In this document: piece by piece, positions 1 to 10,743 of the stretch
Position numbering within the stretch: position 1 is the stretch's first letter
Layout of the letters: each line of letters begins with the position of its first letter
Assembly (NCBI GenBank): GCA_902768735.1
Contig: CACXMK010000007.1
Coordinates: 10,725 to 74,724, forward strand
Direction of reading: 5' to 3'
DNA: 64,000 nt
DNA from: an uncultured Lachnospiraceae bacterium
Lineage (GTDB): Bacteria > Bacillota > Clostridia > Lachnospirales > Lachnospiraceae
Made by a program: the position numbers and the translations under genes
The notes under the pieces: model-generated
Told to the model about the DNA's origin: nothing
The model's database searches: none
The model's input: the letters and a program-made list of their open reading frames with translations, nothing else

Positions 1-1
1 A

Positions 2-853
2 ATGGGATCCGGTATTGCGCAGGCATTCGCTCAGTGCGATAAGATCGAGAAGGTTTATCTCTGCGACATCAAACAGGAGTTCGCGGATGGCGGCTTTAAC
101 AAGATCAAGAAGGGCCTTAACAAGATGGTCGAAAAAGGCAAGATGGAACAGGCTGCTGAAGATGCTATCCTTGCTAAATTCGAGATGGGCCTCAGTGACA
201 TCGCGGTCGATCCCGACCTCGTAGTCGAAGCTGCTCTTGAGAACATGCAGATCAAGAAAGACCTGTTCAAGAAGCTCCAGGATGAGATCGTAAAGAACCC
301 TGACTGCATCTTCGCGTCCAACACTTCTTCTCTGTCCATCACCGAGATCGGCGCAGGCCTTAAAAAACCCATTGTCGGCATGCACTTCTTCAATCCCGCT
401 CCTGTTATGAAGCTGGTGGAAGTTATCGCAGGCATCAATACTCCCGCTGAGGATGTAGAGAAGATCATCCAGCTCTCCAAGGATCTCGGCAAGACTCCTG
501 TACAGGTCAACGAGGCAGCAGGCTTTGTTGTCAACAGGATCCTCATCCCTATGATCAACGAGGGCATCAACGTCCTTTACACCGGCGTAGCTGATATCGA
601 AGGCATCGACAATGCTATGAAGCTCGGCTGCAACCACCCCATGGGCCCGCTGGAACTCGGCGACTTCATCGGTCTGGATATCTGCCTGGCGATCATGGAT
701 GTCTTGTTCGAGGATACCCGCGACAACAAGTATGCTGCAAGCCCGCTTCTTCGCAAGATGGTCCGCGGCAAGAGACTCGGCGTTAAGACCGGCATCGGAT
801 TCTATGATTATTCGAACGGCCCTCGCAACAAAGTGCCTACAGATAAGAAATAA
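2..853 (+). CDS. hbd: 3-hydroxybutyryl-CoA dehydrogenase (5' end probably just outside the window)
   Basis: MGSGIAQ tail of the Rossmann motif; [45 protein letters not shown] motifs. Confidence 0.95.
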   Translation: MGSGIAQAFAQCDKIEKVYLCDIKQEFADGGFNKIKKGLNKMVEKGKMEQAAEDAILAKFEMGLSDIAVDPDLVVEAALENMQIKKDLFKKLQDEIVKNPDCIFASNTSSLSITEIGAGLKKPIVGMHFFNPAPVMKLVEVIAGINTPAEDVEKIIQLSKDLGKTPVQVNEAAGFVVNRILIPMINEGINVLYTGVADIEGIDNAMKLGCNHPMGPLELGDFIGLDICLAIMDVLFEDTRDNKYAASPLLRKMVRGKRLGVKTGIGFYDYSNGPRNKVPTDKK

Positions 854-894
854 TTCGGAACTTTTGTATACTCAAGCCATTTTATGACATGGGA

Positions 895-927
895 TTCCTG
901 CAGGGCTGCCGGGCATCCCTGCAGGAA
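895..927. terminator. GC-rich hairpin between hbd and etfB
   Basis: TTCCTGCAGGG...CCCTGCAGGAA 11-bp inverted repeat; no clear U-tract. Confidence 0.45.
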
Positions 928-1107
928 AATATTACAGCTTTTTCGCTTTTAAAGAGTGAAGATTTGCTTCCTTAAAAAGATATTCTGCTTTATTGCTAAG
1001 CTGTGTTTTTGCATGTTATATTTGGTATAGAGTTGTATATTCCGCGCTGTCGCAGGGAGTCAAATATGGCGCGGATATACGAAATAACATCCCAGGAGGA
1101 GGACAAT

Positions 1108-1911
1108 ATGAACATTCTTGTTTGCGTAAAACAGGTTCCGGATACGACTCAGATAAAGATCGATCCGGTCAAGCACACCCTGATCCGTGAGGGTGTCCCG
1201 GCTATTCTGAATCCTTTTGACGGCTATGCTCTTGAGGCTGCTGCCCGTATTAAGGACAAGGATCCCAGCACTAAGATCACTGTAGTAACCATGGGACCGC
1301 CGCAGGCTGTGGCAGTTCTGAAGGAGTGCGTAGCAATCGCTGCGGACAAGGGATATCTGGTAACCGGACGTACTTTCGGCGGTTCCGATACGCTTGCTAC
1401 TTCCTACATCCTTTCCCATGCCATCAAGCAGATCGCAGAGAAGGAAGGCGCTTTCGACGCTATCTTCTGCGGCAAGCAGGCAATCGATGGTGATACTGCA
1501 CAGGTCGGCCCTGAGATCGCTGAGTGGCTGGGACTTCCGCAGGTTACCTATGGCCTTGAGTGCGAAGCTGTTGAAGGCGGCCTGAAGGTCAAGAAGGAAG
1601 CTGAGGACGGCGTTCAGATCATCGGCATTAAGTGCCCTTGCCTTGTAACCTTCACAAAACCCGCTTTTGATCCCCGTTATCCCACAATCAAGCGCAAACT
1701 GGCTGCGAACAGAGCGAAATTCGAACAGTTGGGCGATGGCTTTGATCCTGAAATGGATCCCGCATACTATGGCCTTAACGGTTCTCCTACTCATGTTAAG
1801 AAATCCTTTACTCCTCCCGTCAAGCAGGGCGGTATAAAGATCAAGGAAGAGACAGGCGCAGATTCCGCAGCGAAGCTGGCTAAGATTCTGGTCGATAACA
1901 ACATTATCTGA
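1108..1911 (+). CDS. etfB: electron transfer flavoprotein beta subunit
   Basis: MNILVCVKQVPDT start after GGAGGAGG RBS; GSDTLATS and GKQAIDGDTAQVGP motifs. Confidence 0.95.
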   Translation: MNILVCVKQVPDTTQIKIDPVKHTLIREGVPAILNPFDGYALEAAARIKDKDPSTKITVVTMGPPQAVAVLKECVAIAADKGYLVTGRTFGGSDTLATSYILSHAIKQIAEKEGAFDAIFCGKQAIDGDTAQVGPEIAEWLGLPQVTYGLECEAVEGGLKVKKEAEDGVQIIGIKCPCLVTFTKPAFDPRYPTIKRKLAANRAKFEQLGDGFDPEMDPAYYGLNGSPTHVKKSFTPPVKQGGIKIKEETGADSAAKLAKILVDNNII

Positions 1912-1925
1912 CAGGAGGGATAACA

Positions 1926-2933
1926 ATGGAAGCTAAGACAAAAGACCTTTGGGTATTTATTGAGACTAACGAGGACGGTTCCCCGAAGAAAGTCGGTCTG
2001 GAACTCCTCAATCCCGGCCGTGACCTTGCTACAAAGCAGGGCGGCAAGCTGGTAGCTGTTGTTGTCGGCAACAATGTTGCTGATGCAGTCGAGCAGGCCG
2101 GCATCTACGGCGCTGACCAGGTCATCGTGATCGAAGGACCTGAGTTCGAGAAGTACACAACAGACGCATATGTAATGGCTCTTTATTATCTGGTAGAGAA
2201 ATATGGCCCTACGACCGTCATGATCGGCGCTACACCGAACGGCCGTGACCTTGGCCCTCGTTTCTCCTGCAGACTTAAGACCGGTCTTACAGCAGACTGC
2301 ACGAGCCTTGACATCGACGAAGAGACCGGCAATGTCGCGTGGACACGTCCTGCATTCGGCGGTAACCTGATGGCTACCATCATGTGCCCGGACCACCGCC
2401 CTCAGTGCGGTACCGTTCGTCCCGGCGTGTTCAAGAAACCTGCGGCAGGCGAGAATAAGGCAGAGGTTATCAAGGAAGATTTCCATGTTGCTCCCGAAGA
2501 TATCCGTACTTGCCTGCTTGAAGTGATCAAAGAGGCAGCGGGCGAGACCGTTGACCTTGAAGGCGCTGATATCATCGTTTCCGGCGGACGCGGAATGGGC
2601 GGCCCTGATGGATTCAAGACCACTCTGAAGCCTCTCGCGGACCTGATCGGCGGCGTCGTAGGCGCTTCCCGTGCAGCGGTTGACAGCGGCTGGATCGGAC
2701 ATGCTCACCAGGTCGGCCAGACCGGTAAGACTGTCGGACCGAAGCTTTACATCGCATGCGGCATCTCCGGTGCTATCCAGCACGTAGCCGGTATGAGCAG
2801 CTCTGATTGCATCGTTGCGATCAACAAGGATGAGGATGCGAGCATCTTCAACATTGCTGATTATGGCGTAATCGGCGATCTCTATGAAGTAGTCCCTGCG
2901 CTTACAGAAGAGATCAAGAAACTGAAAGCTTAA
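1926..2933 (+). CDS. etfA: electron transfer flavoprotein alpha subunit
   Basis: GLTADCT, RPAFGGN, VSGGRG, QVGQTGKTV, GISGAIQH, AINKD motifs; GGAGG RBS. Confidence 0.95.
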   Translation: MEAKTKDLWVFIETNEDGSPKKVGLELLNPGRDLATKQGGKLVAVVVGNNVADAVEQAGIYGADQVIVIEGPEFEKYTTDAYVMALYYLVEKYGPTTVMIGATPNGRDLGPRFSCRLKTGLTADCTSLDIDEETGNVAWTRPAFGGNLMATIMCPDHRPQCGTVRPGVFKKPAAGENKAEVIKEDFHVAPEDIRTCLLEVIKEAAGETVDLEGADIIVSGGRGMGGPDGFKTTLKPLADLIGGVVGASRAAVDSGWIGHAHQVGQTGKTVGPKLYIACGISGAIQHVAGMSSSDCIVAINKDEDASIFNIADYGVIGDLYEVVPALTEEIKKLKA

Positions 2934-3090
2934 TATCAGATCAACCAGAGTAAGGCCGCGCGTTCCATTTGGCTCGTGCGGCTTTTACCTAAACGGCTGT
3001 TATTGCCGGTTTAATAAGGGCTATTATTTAATCTTATTATTAAATAGGGAAACACGATAAATACACAGCAAACTCTATTGGAGGAATAAA

Positions 3091-4269
3091 ATGGCAAAGA
3101 AAGTTGTTTTGGCAGGTGCTTGCCGTACGGCGATCGGAAAAATGGGCGGAGCGCTCAGCACAGTGAAGGCTTCCGATCTTGGTGCAATTGTTATCAAAGA
3201 GGCTCTTAAGCGCGCTGGCGTTGCTGCCGATCAGGTTGATGAAGTCCTCATGGGCTGCGTAATCCAGGCCGGTCAGGGACAGAATGTCGCAAGACAGGCT
3301 TCCATCAAGGCCGGACTTCCTGTTGAGGTTCCTGCGGTCACCATCAACGTCGTATGCGGCTCCGGTCTGAACTGCGTCAATATGGCGGCAGAGAAGATCA
3401 TTGCCGGCACCGCTGACATCGTTGTCGCTGGCGGTATGGAGAACATGTCCCTTGCTCCTTATGCTGTTATGCAGGGCCGTTACGGATACAGAATGAACAA
3501 CGGCGTTCTGGTCGACACCATGATCAAGGATGCTCTGTGGGATGCATTCAATGACTATCACATGATCAAGACTGCTGACAACGTAGCCGAGCAGTGGGGC
3601 CTTACGAGAGAAGAGCTCGATGTCTTCGCAGCGGACAGCCAGAACAAGGCAGTCGCAGCACAGGAAGCCGGCAGATTCAAAGATGAGATCGTTCCTGTCG
3701 AAGTGAAGGTCAAGAAGAACATCGTTGTTGTCGACACCGACGAGGGTCCTCGTCCCGGCACGACTCCTGAAGGCCTTGCAAAGCTTCGCCCGATCAATCC
3801 GGGTGGATTTGTTACTGCAGGTAACGCATCCGGTATCAACGACGGCGCAGCTGCGATCGTTGTGATGAGCGAAGAGAAAGCGAAAGAGCTCGGCGTGACT
3901 CCTATGGCGACATGGATCGCAGGCGCTCTGGGCGGCGTTGATCCTTCCATCATGGGCGTTGGACCGATCGCGGCTACCAGGAAGGTTCTTGCAAGAACCG
4001 GCTTTACGATCGATGATTTCGACCTGTATGAGGCGAACGAAGCTTTCGCAGCACAGTCTGTAGCTGTAGGCAAAGACCTTGGCTTCGATCTTTCCAAGCT
4101 CAATGTCAATGGCGGCGCTATCGCTCTCGGACATCCCGTAGGAGCTTCCGGCTGCCGTATCCTTGTCACTCTGCTTCACGCTATGGAGCAGAAGGGTGCT
4201 AAGAGAGGTCTTGCAACACTTTGCATCGGCGGCGGCATGGGCTGCGCGACGATCGTAGAGAAAGAATGA
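3091..4269 (+). CDS. thlA: acetyl-CoA C-acetyltransferase (thiolase)
   Basis: VCGSG active-site Cys, [29 protein letters not shown] motifs. Confidence 0.95.
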   Translation: MAKKVVLAGACRTAIGKMGGALSTVKASDLGAIVIKEALKRAGVAADQVDEVLMGCVIQAGQGQNVARQASIKAGLPVEVPAVTINVVCGSGLNCVNMAAEKIIAGTADIVVAGGMENMSLAPYAVMQGRYGYRMNNGVLVDTMIKDALWDAFNDYHMIKTADNVAEQWGLTREELDVFAADSQNKAVAAQEAGRFKDEIVPVEVKVKKNIVVVDTDEGPRPGTTPEGLAKLRPINPGGFVTAGNASGINDGAAAIVVMSEEKAKELGVTPMATWIAGALGGVDPSIMGVGPIAATRKVLARTGFTIDDFDLYEANEAFAAQSVAVGKDLGFDLSKLNVNGGAIALGHPVGASGCRILVTLLHAMEQKGAKRGLATLCIGGGMGCATIVEKE

Positions 4270-4308
4270 TCAGGGATCTTGAGACGACAAGTGCATAAAG
4301 CCAAATAG

Positions 4309-4341
4309 AAGGAGCGCCGCATTGCTGATGCGGCGCTCCTT
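4309..4341 (+). terminator. probable rho-independent terminator of the thiolase gene
   Basis: 14-bp stem AAGGAGCGCCGCAT/ATGCGGCGCTCCTT followed by GTTT. Confidence 0.7.
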
Positions 4342-4427
4342 GTTTGCCGGCAGAAATACCGCCGGAAGATGATTTCCGCAGGTGAAGCACTGCCAGAAGA
4401 TCTGTCTCAAAGAAATAAAAAAGCAAT

Positions 4428-4458
4428 AAAAAGCTCCGTCATCCGACGGAGCTTTTTT
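4428..4458. terminator. bidirectional terminator downstream of tRNA-Arg(ACG)
   Basis: AAAAAGCTCCGTC-ATCC-GACGGAGCTTTTTT. Confidence 0.8.
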
Positions 4459-4461
4459 AGA

Positions 4462-4535
4462 TGTAAGTGACAAGATTCGAACTCGCGACCTTCTGGTCCG
4501 TAGCCAGACGCTCTATCCAGCTGAGCTACACTTAC
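4462..4535 (-). tRNA. tRNA-Arg(ACG)
   Basis: Minus strand GTAAGTG acceptor stem; anticodon arm TCTGG-CTACGGA-CCAGA; GTTCGAAT T-loop; no encoded CCA. Confidence 0.93.
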
Positions 4536-4546
4536 ACAGCAATAAT

Positions 4547-4575
4547 ATTCTATATAATAGATTCGGTTTTGTCAA
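4547..4575 (-). promoter_or_regulatory. sigma-A promoter of tRNA-Arg(ACG)
   Basis: TTGACA-17 nt-TAGAAT on the minus strand. Confidence 0.75.
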
Positions 4576-4730
4576 CAACAAATTATGCGGTTTTTGAAAT
4601 GATTTACGAAAGGATTTGAGGTGTACCGAAAATGAATTTAAGTGCGGAGAATGCTGCGGGAGAGATGAAAAATAAATTCTTGCAGGGATAGGAAAAAAGC
4701 CGATACGATATTTGCCGGGAGGTGGCGGAA

Positions 4731-5591
4731 ATGGCGTACCTGAAGGACATATCGGCGATCCTCGGTCTCTCTGTATCGACGGTCAGCAGGGCCCTGAGAG
4801 GGTATCCGGACATAAGCGAAGAGACGAGGGAGAAAGTGCTGCACACTGCGGAAGAGCTCGATTACGGCTATAAAAGAAGAGGACCGATGAGCAGAGCCGC
4901 ACAGAATACCGGAGCTGTAGGCGTTCTGGCGCCGGGGATAGAGAAACTGCTGGGAAACGGGTATTACAGGGAAATGCTCTGCGCGATGACGGCGGAAGCG
5001 GCACTTCACAACAGGGATCTCGTGGTAATGGGATCGGAGAGTACGGAGAGCGGAATGAGCTGGATCGGAAGGGTGGTCTCACGGAATGTGTCGGGAGTCT
5101 GTCTTTTGGCGGGAAGGGAGGAGCTTTACCGCGGGGAGTTCGCGGATCTGATCGAAAGCGGTATCCCTCTCGTCAGTATAGAGCATGAAGTCGCGGGCCA
5201 TATGACGGTCTACAGCAGCCACAGGGAGAACATCCGGCTGCTGCTTGCCTATCTGAAAGACAAGGGATACCGCAGAGTGGTCCATATTGGCGCCACAGGG
5301 CCGGAATCGGAAAGACTCGCGGTTCTTTTCGCGCAGGAGGCGGAAAAGCTCGATATGACCTGTCTGGAGGCTTCAGAAGGAGAGCGCGGTCCCGGAATGA
5401 TCACTTCCGTGAAAAAACAGCCGGAGGAGATCGGCAGGATCGCTGTCAGAAAGCTCATATATATCGCGGAACACCCGGAAGCGGACTGCGGAGAGAGGAT
5501 CTTCGTGCCGGGGGAGATCTGTGAAGGGACGGCGGCCGGACAGGCGGAAGTGGGGCTCGCAGTGGAAATTCCACTCGAAATCATTACGTAA
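4731..5591 (+). CDS. LacI-family transcriptional regulator with a shortened effector domain
   Basis: LKDISAILGLSVSTVSRAL HTH and ISEETREKV; GGAGG RBS before ATG 4731. Confidence 0.85.
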   Translation: MAYLKDISAILGLSVSTVSRALRGYPDISEETREKVLHTAEELDYGYKRRGPMSRAAQNTGAVGVLAPGIEKLLGNGYYREMLCAMTAEAALHNRDLVVMGSESTESGMSWIGRVVSRNVSGVCLLAGREELYRGEFADLIESGIPLVSIEHEVAGHMTVYSSHRENIRLLLAYLKDKGYRRVVHIGATGPESERLAVLFAQEAEKLDMTCLEASEGERGPGMITSVKKQPEEIGRIAVRKLIYIAEHPEADCGERIFVPGEICEGTAAGQAEVGLAVEIPLEIIT

Positions 5592-5615
5592 ACTCTAAAA
5601 CTTACGAAAAACAGA

Positions 5616-5648
5616 AAAAGGTACAGCATTTGACTTGCTGTACCTTTT
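5616..5648. terminator. bidirectional terminator between the LacI gene and the tRNA cluster
   Basis: AAAAGGTACAGCA...TGCTGTACCTTTT. Confidence 0.8.
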
Positions 5649-5652
5649 GAAA

Positions 5653-5734
5653 TGCGGATAACAGGACTTGAACCTGCACGGGGGATCCCACCAGAACCTA
5701 AATCTGGCGCGTCTGCCAATTCCGCCATATCCGC
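5653..5734 (-). tRNA. tRNA-Leu(TAG)
   Basis: GCGGATA acceptor; CCAGA-TTTAGGT-TCTGG anticodon arm; long variable arm; GTTCAAGTC T-loop. Confidence 0.95.
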
Positions 5735-5796
5735 AGATAAGTATTTGGGAAATAAAAAAAGCCGGTCATAATGAACAGCGGCTAAGTGGTTCCTGA

Positions 5797-5869
5797 TGAG
5801 ACATGGGGGAATCGAACCCCCGACAACTTGATTAAAAGTCAAGTGCTCTACCGGCTGAGCTAATGTCCC
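5797..5869 (-). tRNA. tRNA-Lys(TTT)
   Basis: CTTGA-CTTTTAA-TCAAG anticodon arm; GGGACAT/ATGTCTC acceptor. Confidence 0.95.
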
Positions 5870-5873
5870 GCAG

Positions 5874-5945
5874 CTGGGCTAGTTGGATTCGAACCAACGC
5901 ATGCAGCAGTCAAAGTGCTGTGCCTTACCACTTGGCGATAGCCCA
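5874..5945 (-). tRNA. tRNA-Gln(TTG)
   Basis: TGGGCTA acceptor; CAGCA-CTTTGAC-TGCTG anticodon arm. Confidence 0.95.
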
Positions 5946-5997
5946 ATGGAATAAGCGATGAAAAACAAGCAATAACGTAAAATAAGCAATAAAAAAA

Positions 5998-6072
5998 GGT
6001 GGGTAATGGGACTCGAACCCATGGTCTCCAGAACCACAATCTGGCGCGCTAACCAACTACGCCATACCCACC
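5998..6072 (-). tRNA. tRNA-His(GTG)
   Basis: G-1 and C73; CCAGA-TTGTGGT-TCTGG anticodon arm. Confidence 0.95.
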
Positions 6073-6096
6073 ATAAAACTCCGATCAGATCGGAAG

Positions 6097-6170
6097 TATG
6101 CCCGAAGGGACTCGAACCCCCGACACCCGGCTTAGAAGGCCGGTGCTCTATCCAGCTGAGCTACGGACAC
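6097..6170 (-). tRNA. tRNA-Arg(TCT)
   Basis: CCGGC-CTTCTAA-GCCGG anticodon arm. Confidence 0.95.
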
Positions 6171-6227
6171 ATGACCCGGCAGTAGAATGTGCCTGCCTTC
6201 AACTGTCTCAAAAAAGGCAATTGTGAA

Positions 6228-6298
6228 AGCGGGTGATGGGAATCGAACCCACATATCTAGCTTGGAAGGCTAGTGTTCTACCACTGAACTACACCCGC
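6228..6298 (-). tRNA. tRNA-Gly(TCC)
   Basis: GCGGGTG acceptor; CTAGC-CTTCCAA-GCTAG anticodon arm; U73. Confidence 0.95.
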
Positions 6299-6333
6299 AT
6301 GAAAATGAAGGATTATTCATTTATTGCATCGAA

Positions 6334-6408
6334 TCGGGGTGACAGGATTCGAACCTGCGACCTCCTGGTCCCAAACCAGGCGCTCTAGCCAAGCTGAGCC
6401 ACACCCCG
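6334..6408 (-). tRNA. tRNA-Pro(TGG)
   Basis: CGGGGTG acceptor; CCTGG-TTTGGGA-CCAGG anticodon arm. Confidence 0.95.
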
Positions 6409-6432
6409 GAACCAACCTCAAATGCATTAGTT

Positions 6433-6461
6433 ATTATAAGTTGAATGGAAGATAATGTCAA
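6433..6461 (-). promoter_or_regulatory. consensus sigma-A promoter of the seven-tRNA cluster
   Basis: TTGACA-17 nt-TATAAT on the minus strand, about 25 nt upstream of tRNA-Pro(TGG). Confidence 0.9.
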
Positions 6462-6504
6462 CAGAGATTTGAAAAAAAGTTTATTTCGCGAATAAGACAG
6501 AGGA

Positions 6505-7035
6505 TCAGAGGGGATCGCTGTCAAAATACCGGATTTCAAAGGACTTCACTTTCCCGTTTTCGAGCTCAAGAAGGATGTAACTGGGCATGTTTCCGTCCTG
6601 CCTTGGCCATGCGGGGCTTCCGGGATTCAGGATCAGGATCCCGCTGCGGTATTCTGCGACGGGGCTGTGGGAGTGGCCGTAAACGGCGATCTGCGCTTTT
6701 TTTGCGGCTGCCGCCTTCAGGATCCCGTCCGTGCCCTCAAATGCATTGTGGCGATGTCCGTGCGCCATAAAGATCCTGCAGGAATCGAGTTCGATCACCC
6801 TCTCGTATGGCGCGTCCGTAAAGAAGTCGTTGTTTCCGGCAACATAATAAAAGGGAACGCCGCTGAGCTCCCTGTAGACGAGCTCGCTCCCCTCAAAATC
6901 GCCTGTGTGCAGAAGAACGTCAAAAGAACGATCTTCCGACCCTTCTTCAGAACCCATTTTGCCGCGCTCGATAGCCAGAATCTTAAGAAACAGGTCGTCC
7001 TGCGCGTGGGTATCGCCGATGATCAGAATCTTCAT
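6505..7035 (-). CDS. YfcE/YsnB-family metallophosphoesterase
   Basis: GDTH, HTGD, GNND, HGH, GHSH, NPGS motifs; typical neighbour of rdgB. Confidence 0.9.
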   Translation of the reverse strand: MKILIIGDTHAQDDLFLKILAIERGKMGSEEGSEDRSFDVLLHTGDFEGSELVYRELSGVPFYYVAGNNDFFTDAPYERVIELDSCRIFMAHGHRHNAFEGTDGILKAAAAKKAQIAVYGHSHSPVAEYRSGILILNPGSPAWPRQDGNMPSYILLELENGKVKSFEIRYFDSDPL

Positions 7036-7047
7036 AGCAGGTTTTCC

Positions 7048-7713
7048 TTAGTTTTCAATGCCGCTGCGGCTGCGCCACTCATCGAACAGGGCGATCATGG
7101 CGCGGAGCGCTTTGCCGCGGTGGCTGATCGCGTTTTTCTGCTCCTCGGTGATCTCTGCGCTGGTCTTTCCGTACTCGGGAAGATAGAAGAAGGGATCGTA
7201 ACCGAAGCCGTTCTGCCCGTAAATACCATGCGCGATGACGCCTTCCATGGCACCTGTGACGACGTGTTCTGAGCCGTCCGGGAAGATGGCGCCGACGGCT
7301 GCTACGAACCTCGCGGTCCGCTCGGACTCGGGCACGTTTTCCATGCGCTTCATGATCTGTTCCATTTTGTAGTTGTAATCGGTGTCGTAGCCGAGATATC
7401 TGGCGGAGTATATGCCCGGTTCCCCTCCGAGGGCGTCGATGACAAGGCCCGAATCATCGGACATGACCGTGACCTGCGTGTCCGTCGTGTCAAAAGAGAG
7501 AGAGCCCTCCTCTTTTTTGCGCCGGATCAGCCCGGCGACAGCCCTTGCCTTGATCAGCGCGTTCTCCTCGAAGGATGTGCCGTCTTCCTCCGGGTCTGCA
7601 ACGACGCCGGCTTCCTTCATCGAGAGGACTTCTGTCTCCGGATCGGTGATGATGTCCTTGATCTCCCTGATTTTTCCCTTATTGCCGGTTGCGAATATGA
7701 TCAGCTGTTTCAT
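7048..7713 (-). CDS. rdgB: non-canonical purine NTP pyrophosphatase (RdgB/HAM1)
   Basis: ATGNKGK, ENALIKA, DDSGL, PGIYSAR, GFGYDPFF, KNAISHRGKA motifs. Confidence 0.93.
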   Translation of the reverse strand: MKQLIIFATGNKGKIREIKDIITDPETEVLSMKEAGVVADPEEDGTSFEENALIKARAVAGLIRRKKEEGSLSFDTTDTQVTVMSDDSGLVIDALGGEPGIYSARYLGYDTDYNYKMEQIMKRMENVPESERTARFVAAVGAIFPDGSEHVVTGAMEGVIAHGIYGQNGFGYDPFFYLPEYGKTSAEITEEQKNAISHRGKALRAMIALFDEWRSRSGIEN

Positions 7714-7765
7714 CGGAAATCCTTTCTGTGCTGTGTTTGGGCAATTCTCTATTGGGGCTGTTCCC

Positions 7766-8917
7766 TTACTGCCGCTTCGGCGGCCTGGGGCCGGGGAACA
7801 TATAAAAATAGGTCTTGAGCATGCCGTTGTAGATCTTGCGGTTCCTGGCTGCCTTAAGGCCCATTTCCTCCTCGCAGCCGCTCATGGAGGTGATCACGTA
7901 CATGGACCAGGAGTCAAGCCTTCTGTAAGCGTCCCCCAGCTCTCTGTAGAGCCTTTTTATAGAGTCCTCCTCGGCGCCGGTCAGACGCTCGCCGTAGGGA
8001 GGGTTGGTGATCAGAAAACCGTATTTGCGGGGGTGGGAGAGCGCACTGACAGGCCTTGTCTGGAAGTGGATCAGGTGACCCACCCCGGCGAGTTTGGCAT
8101 TTGCCCTTGCGGCTGCGATCGCGTCGGGGTCGATGTCATATCCCTGCAGATCTGTCTCGATGTCCGGTGTTTCCAGGTCCAGCGCCTCGTCCCTGCTGTC
8201 TTTCCATATAGAAGCGGGAATGAGATGTCTCCAGGTCTCGGCGGTAAAAGTGCGGTTTACGCCGGGCGCGATATTGGCGGCGATCATGGCTGCCTCAATG
8301 GGAAAGGTTCCGCTTCCGCAAAAGGGATCCACGAGGATCCTGCCGGGCTTCCAGGGTGTGAGGGCGATCAGGCCGGCCGCCAGGTTTTCGGCAATGGGGG
8401 CGGTGACTTTGTACTTGCGATAGCCGCGTTTGTGGAGCGATTCGCCGGTCGTGTCGATGGCCGCCGTCACCTCGTCCTTCATTAAAAAGACGCGGACGGG
8501 ATAGGAGTCGCCGGTTTCGGGAAACAGCTCCGTCCTGTAACCGCGCTTCATTCTCTCGACCATCGCCTTTTTCATAATGGACTGGATGTCGGAGGGGGAG
8601 AAGAGCTTGCTCTTGACGCTGGCTGCCTTGGTGACCCAGAAGCGGGCATCTGCCGGAAGGAACTCTTCCCACGGGAGCGAAAGAGTGCCCTGAAAGAGCT
8701 CCTCAAAGGTCTCTGCGTGGAAAGATCCGACTTTCAGGAGGACGCGCTCGCCGGTCCTTAGAAAGATGTTCGCCCTGGCGACAGCCTCTTCATCACCAAG
8801 AAAAGTCACGCGGCCGTCGCTGACTTCTGTGATCTCGTATCCGATGTCGTAGATCTCATTTTTTAAGACGCTCTCCATACCGAAGTGGCAGGGAACGATA
8901 AGTTCGTATTGAGACAT
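7766..8917 (-). CDS. THUMP-domain class I SAM-dependent RNA methyltransferase (RlmL/YpsC-like)
   Basis: SLHKRGYR, DPFCGSGT, NPPYGERL motifs. Confidence 0.9.
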   Translation of the reverse strand: MSQYELIVPCHFGMESVLKNEIYDIGYEITEVSDGRVTFLGDEEAVARANIFLRTGERVLLKVGSFHAETFEELFQGTLSLPWEEFLPADARFWVTKAASVKSKLFSPSDIQSIMKKAMVERMKRGYRTELFPETGDSYPVRVFLMKDEVTAAIDTTGESLHKRGYRKYKVTAPIAENLAAGLIALTPWKPGRILVDPFCGSGTFPIEAAMIAANIAPGVNRTFTAETWRHLIPASIWKDSRDEALDLETPDIETDLQGYDIDPDAIAAARANAKLAGVGHLIHFQTRPVSALSHPRKYGFLITNPPYGERLTGAEEDSIKRLYRELGDAYRRLDSWSMYVITSMSGCEEEMGLKAARNRKIYNGMLKTYFYMFPGPRPPKRQ

Positions 8918-9056
8918 ATCTGCTCTCCGTTAAGGTGTAGTGCTGTGCCGGTGTTTTTGCCTGTCGGGCAGGACAGCCGGCTGTTTGCTAGAAACATAAT
9001 ACCTACGGAATCCGCATTGCGCAAGGGTGATTCTGCAGTCTTAAGTAAGGGTATAG

Positions 9057-9082
9057 AAAAGGCCGGGCATATGCCCGGCCTT
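9057..9082 (-). terminator. terminator of gdhA
   Basis: AAGGCCGGGCAT/ATGCCCGGCCTT hairpin with a U-tract on the minus strand. Confidence 0.75.
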
Positions 9083-9102
9083 GAACAGTGCCTTATTTGT
9101 GA

Positions 9103-10491
<1,389 letters not shown>

Positions 10492-10592
10492 TTAAGTATA
10501 ATTGTATACAATCCTTGGTATAAATGAATGCTTTGCCGAAATCGTCCGTTGGGCATATTCAACAAAGCAGTCATCGCATGAAGTACGGTGTT

Positions 10593-10621
10593 ATTATAAA
10601 ACGCCCAATTGTCATGCGCAA
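10593..10621 (-). promoter_or_regulatory. probable gdhA promoter
   Basis: TTGCGC-17 nt-TATAAT on the minus strand. Confidence 0.6.
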
Positions 10622-10743
10622 TATGTCAAAATAGAAAAGCGGGGACAAATATAGACGGAAAATTTGTCTATATTTTACAATAATAATTGTATACAATTAT
10701 ACAACAAATGCAATTTGTATACAATTTTTATGTATTGTTCCGA

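Noticed and set aside
4277-4413. Loose terminal inverted repeat TCTTGAGAC...GTCTCAAAGA suggesting a MITE
   Set aside because: Short and imperfect, with no target-site duplication or second copy in the window.
4462-6408. tRNA cluster as an island integration site
   Set aside because: No integrase or duplicated tRNA 3' end was seen, and the flanking genes are housekeeping.
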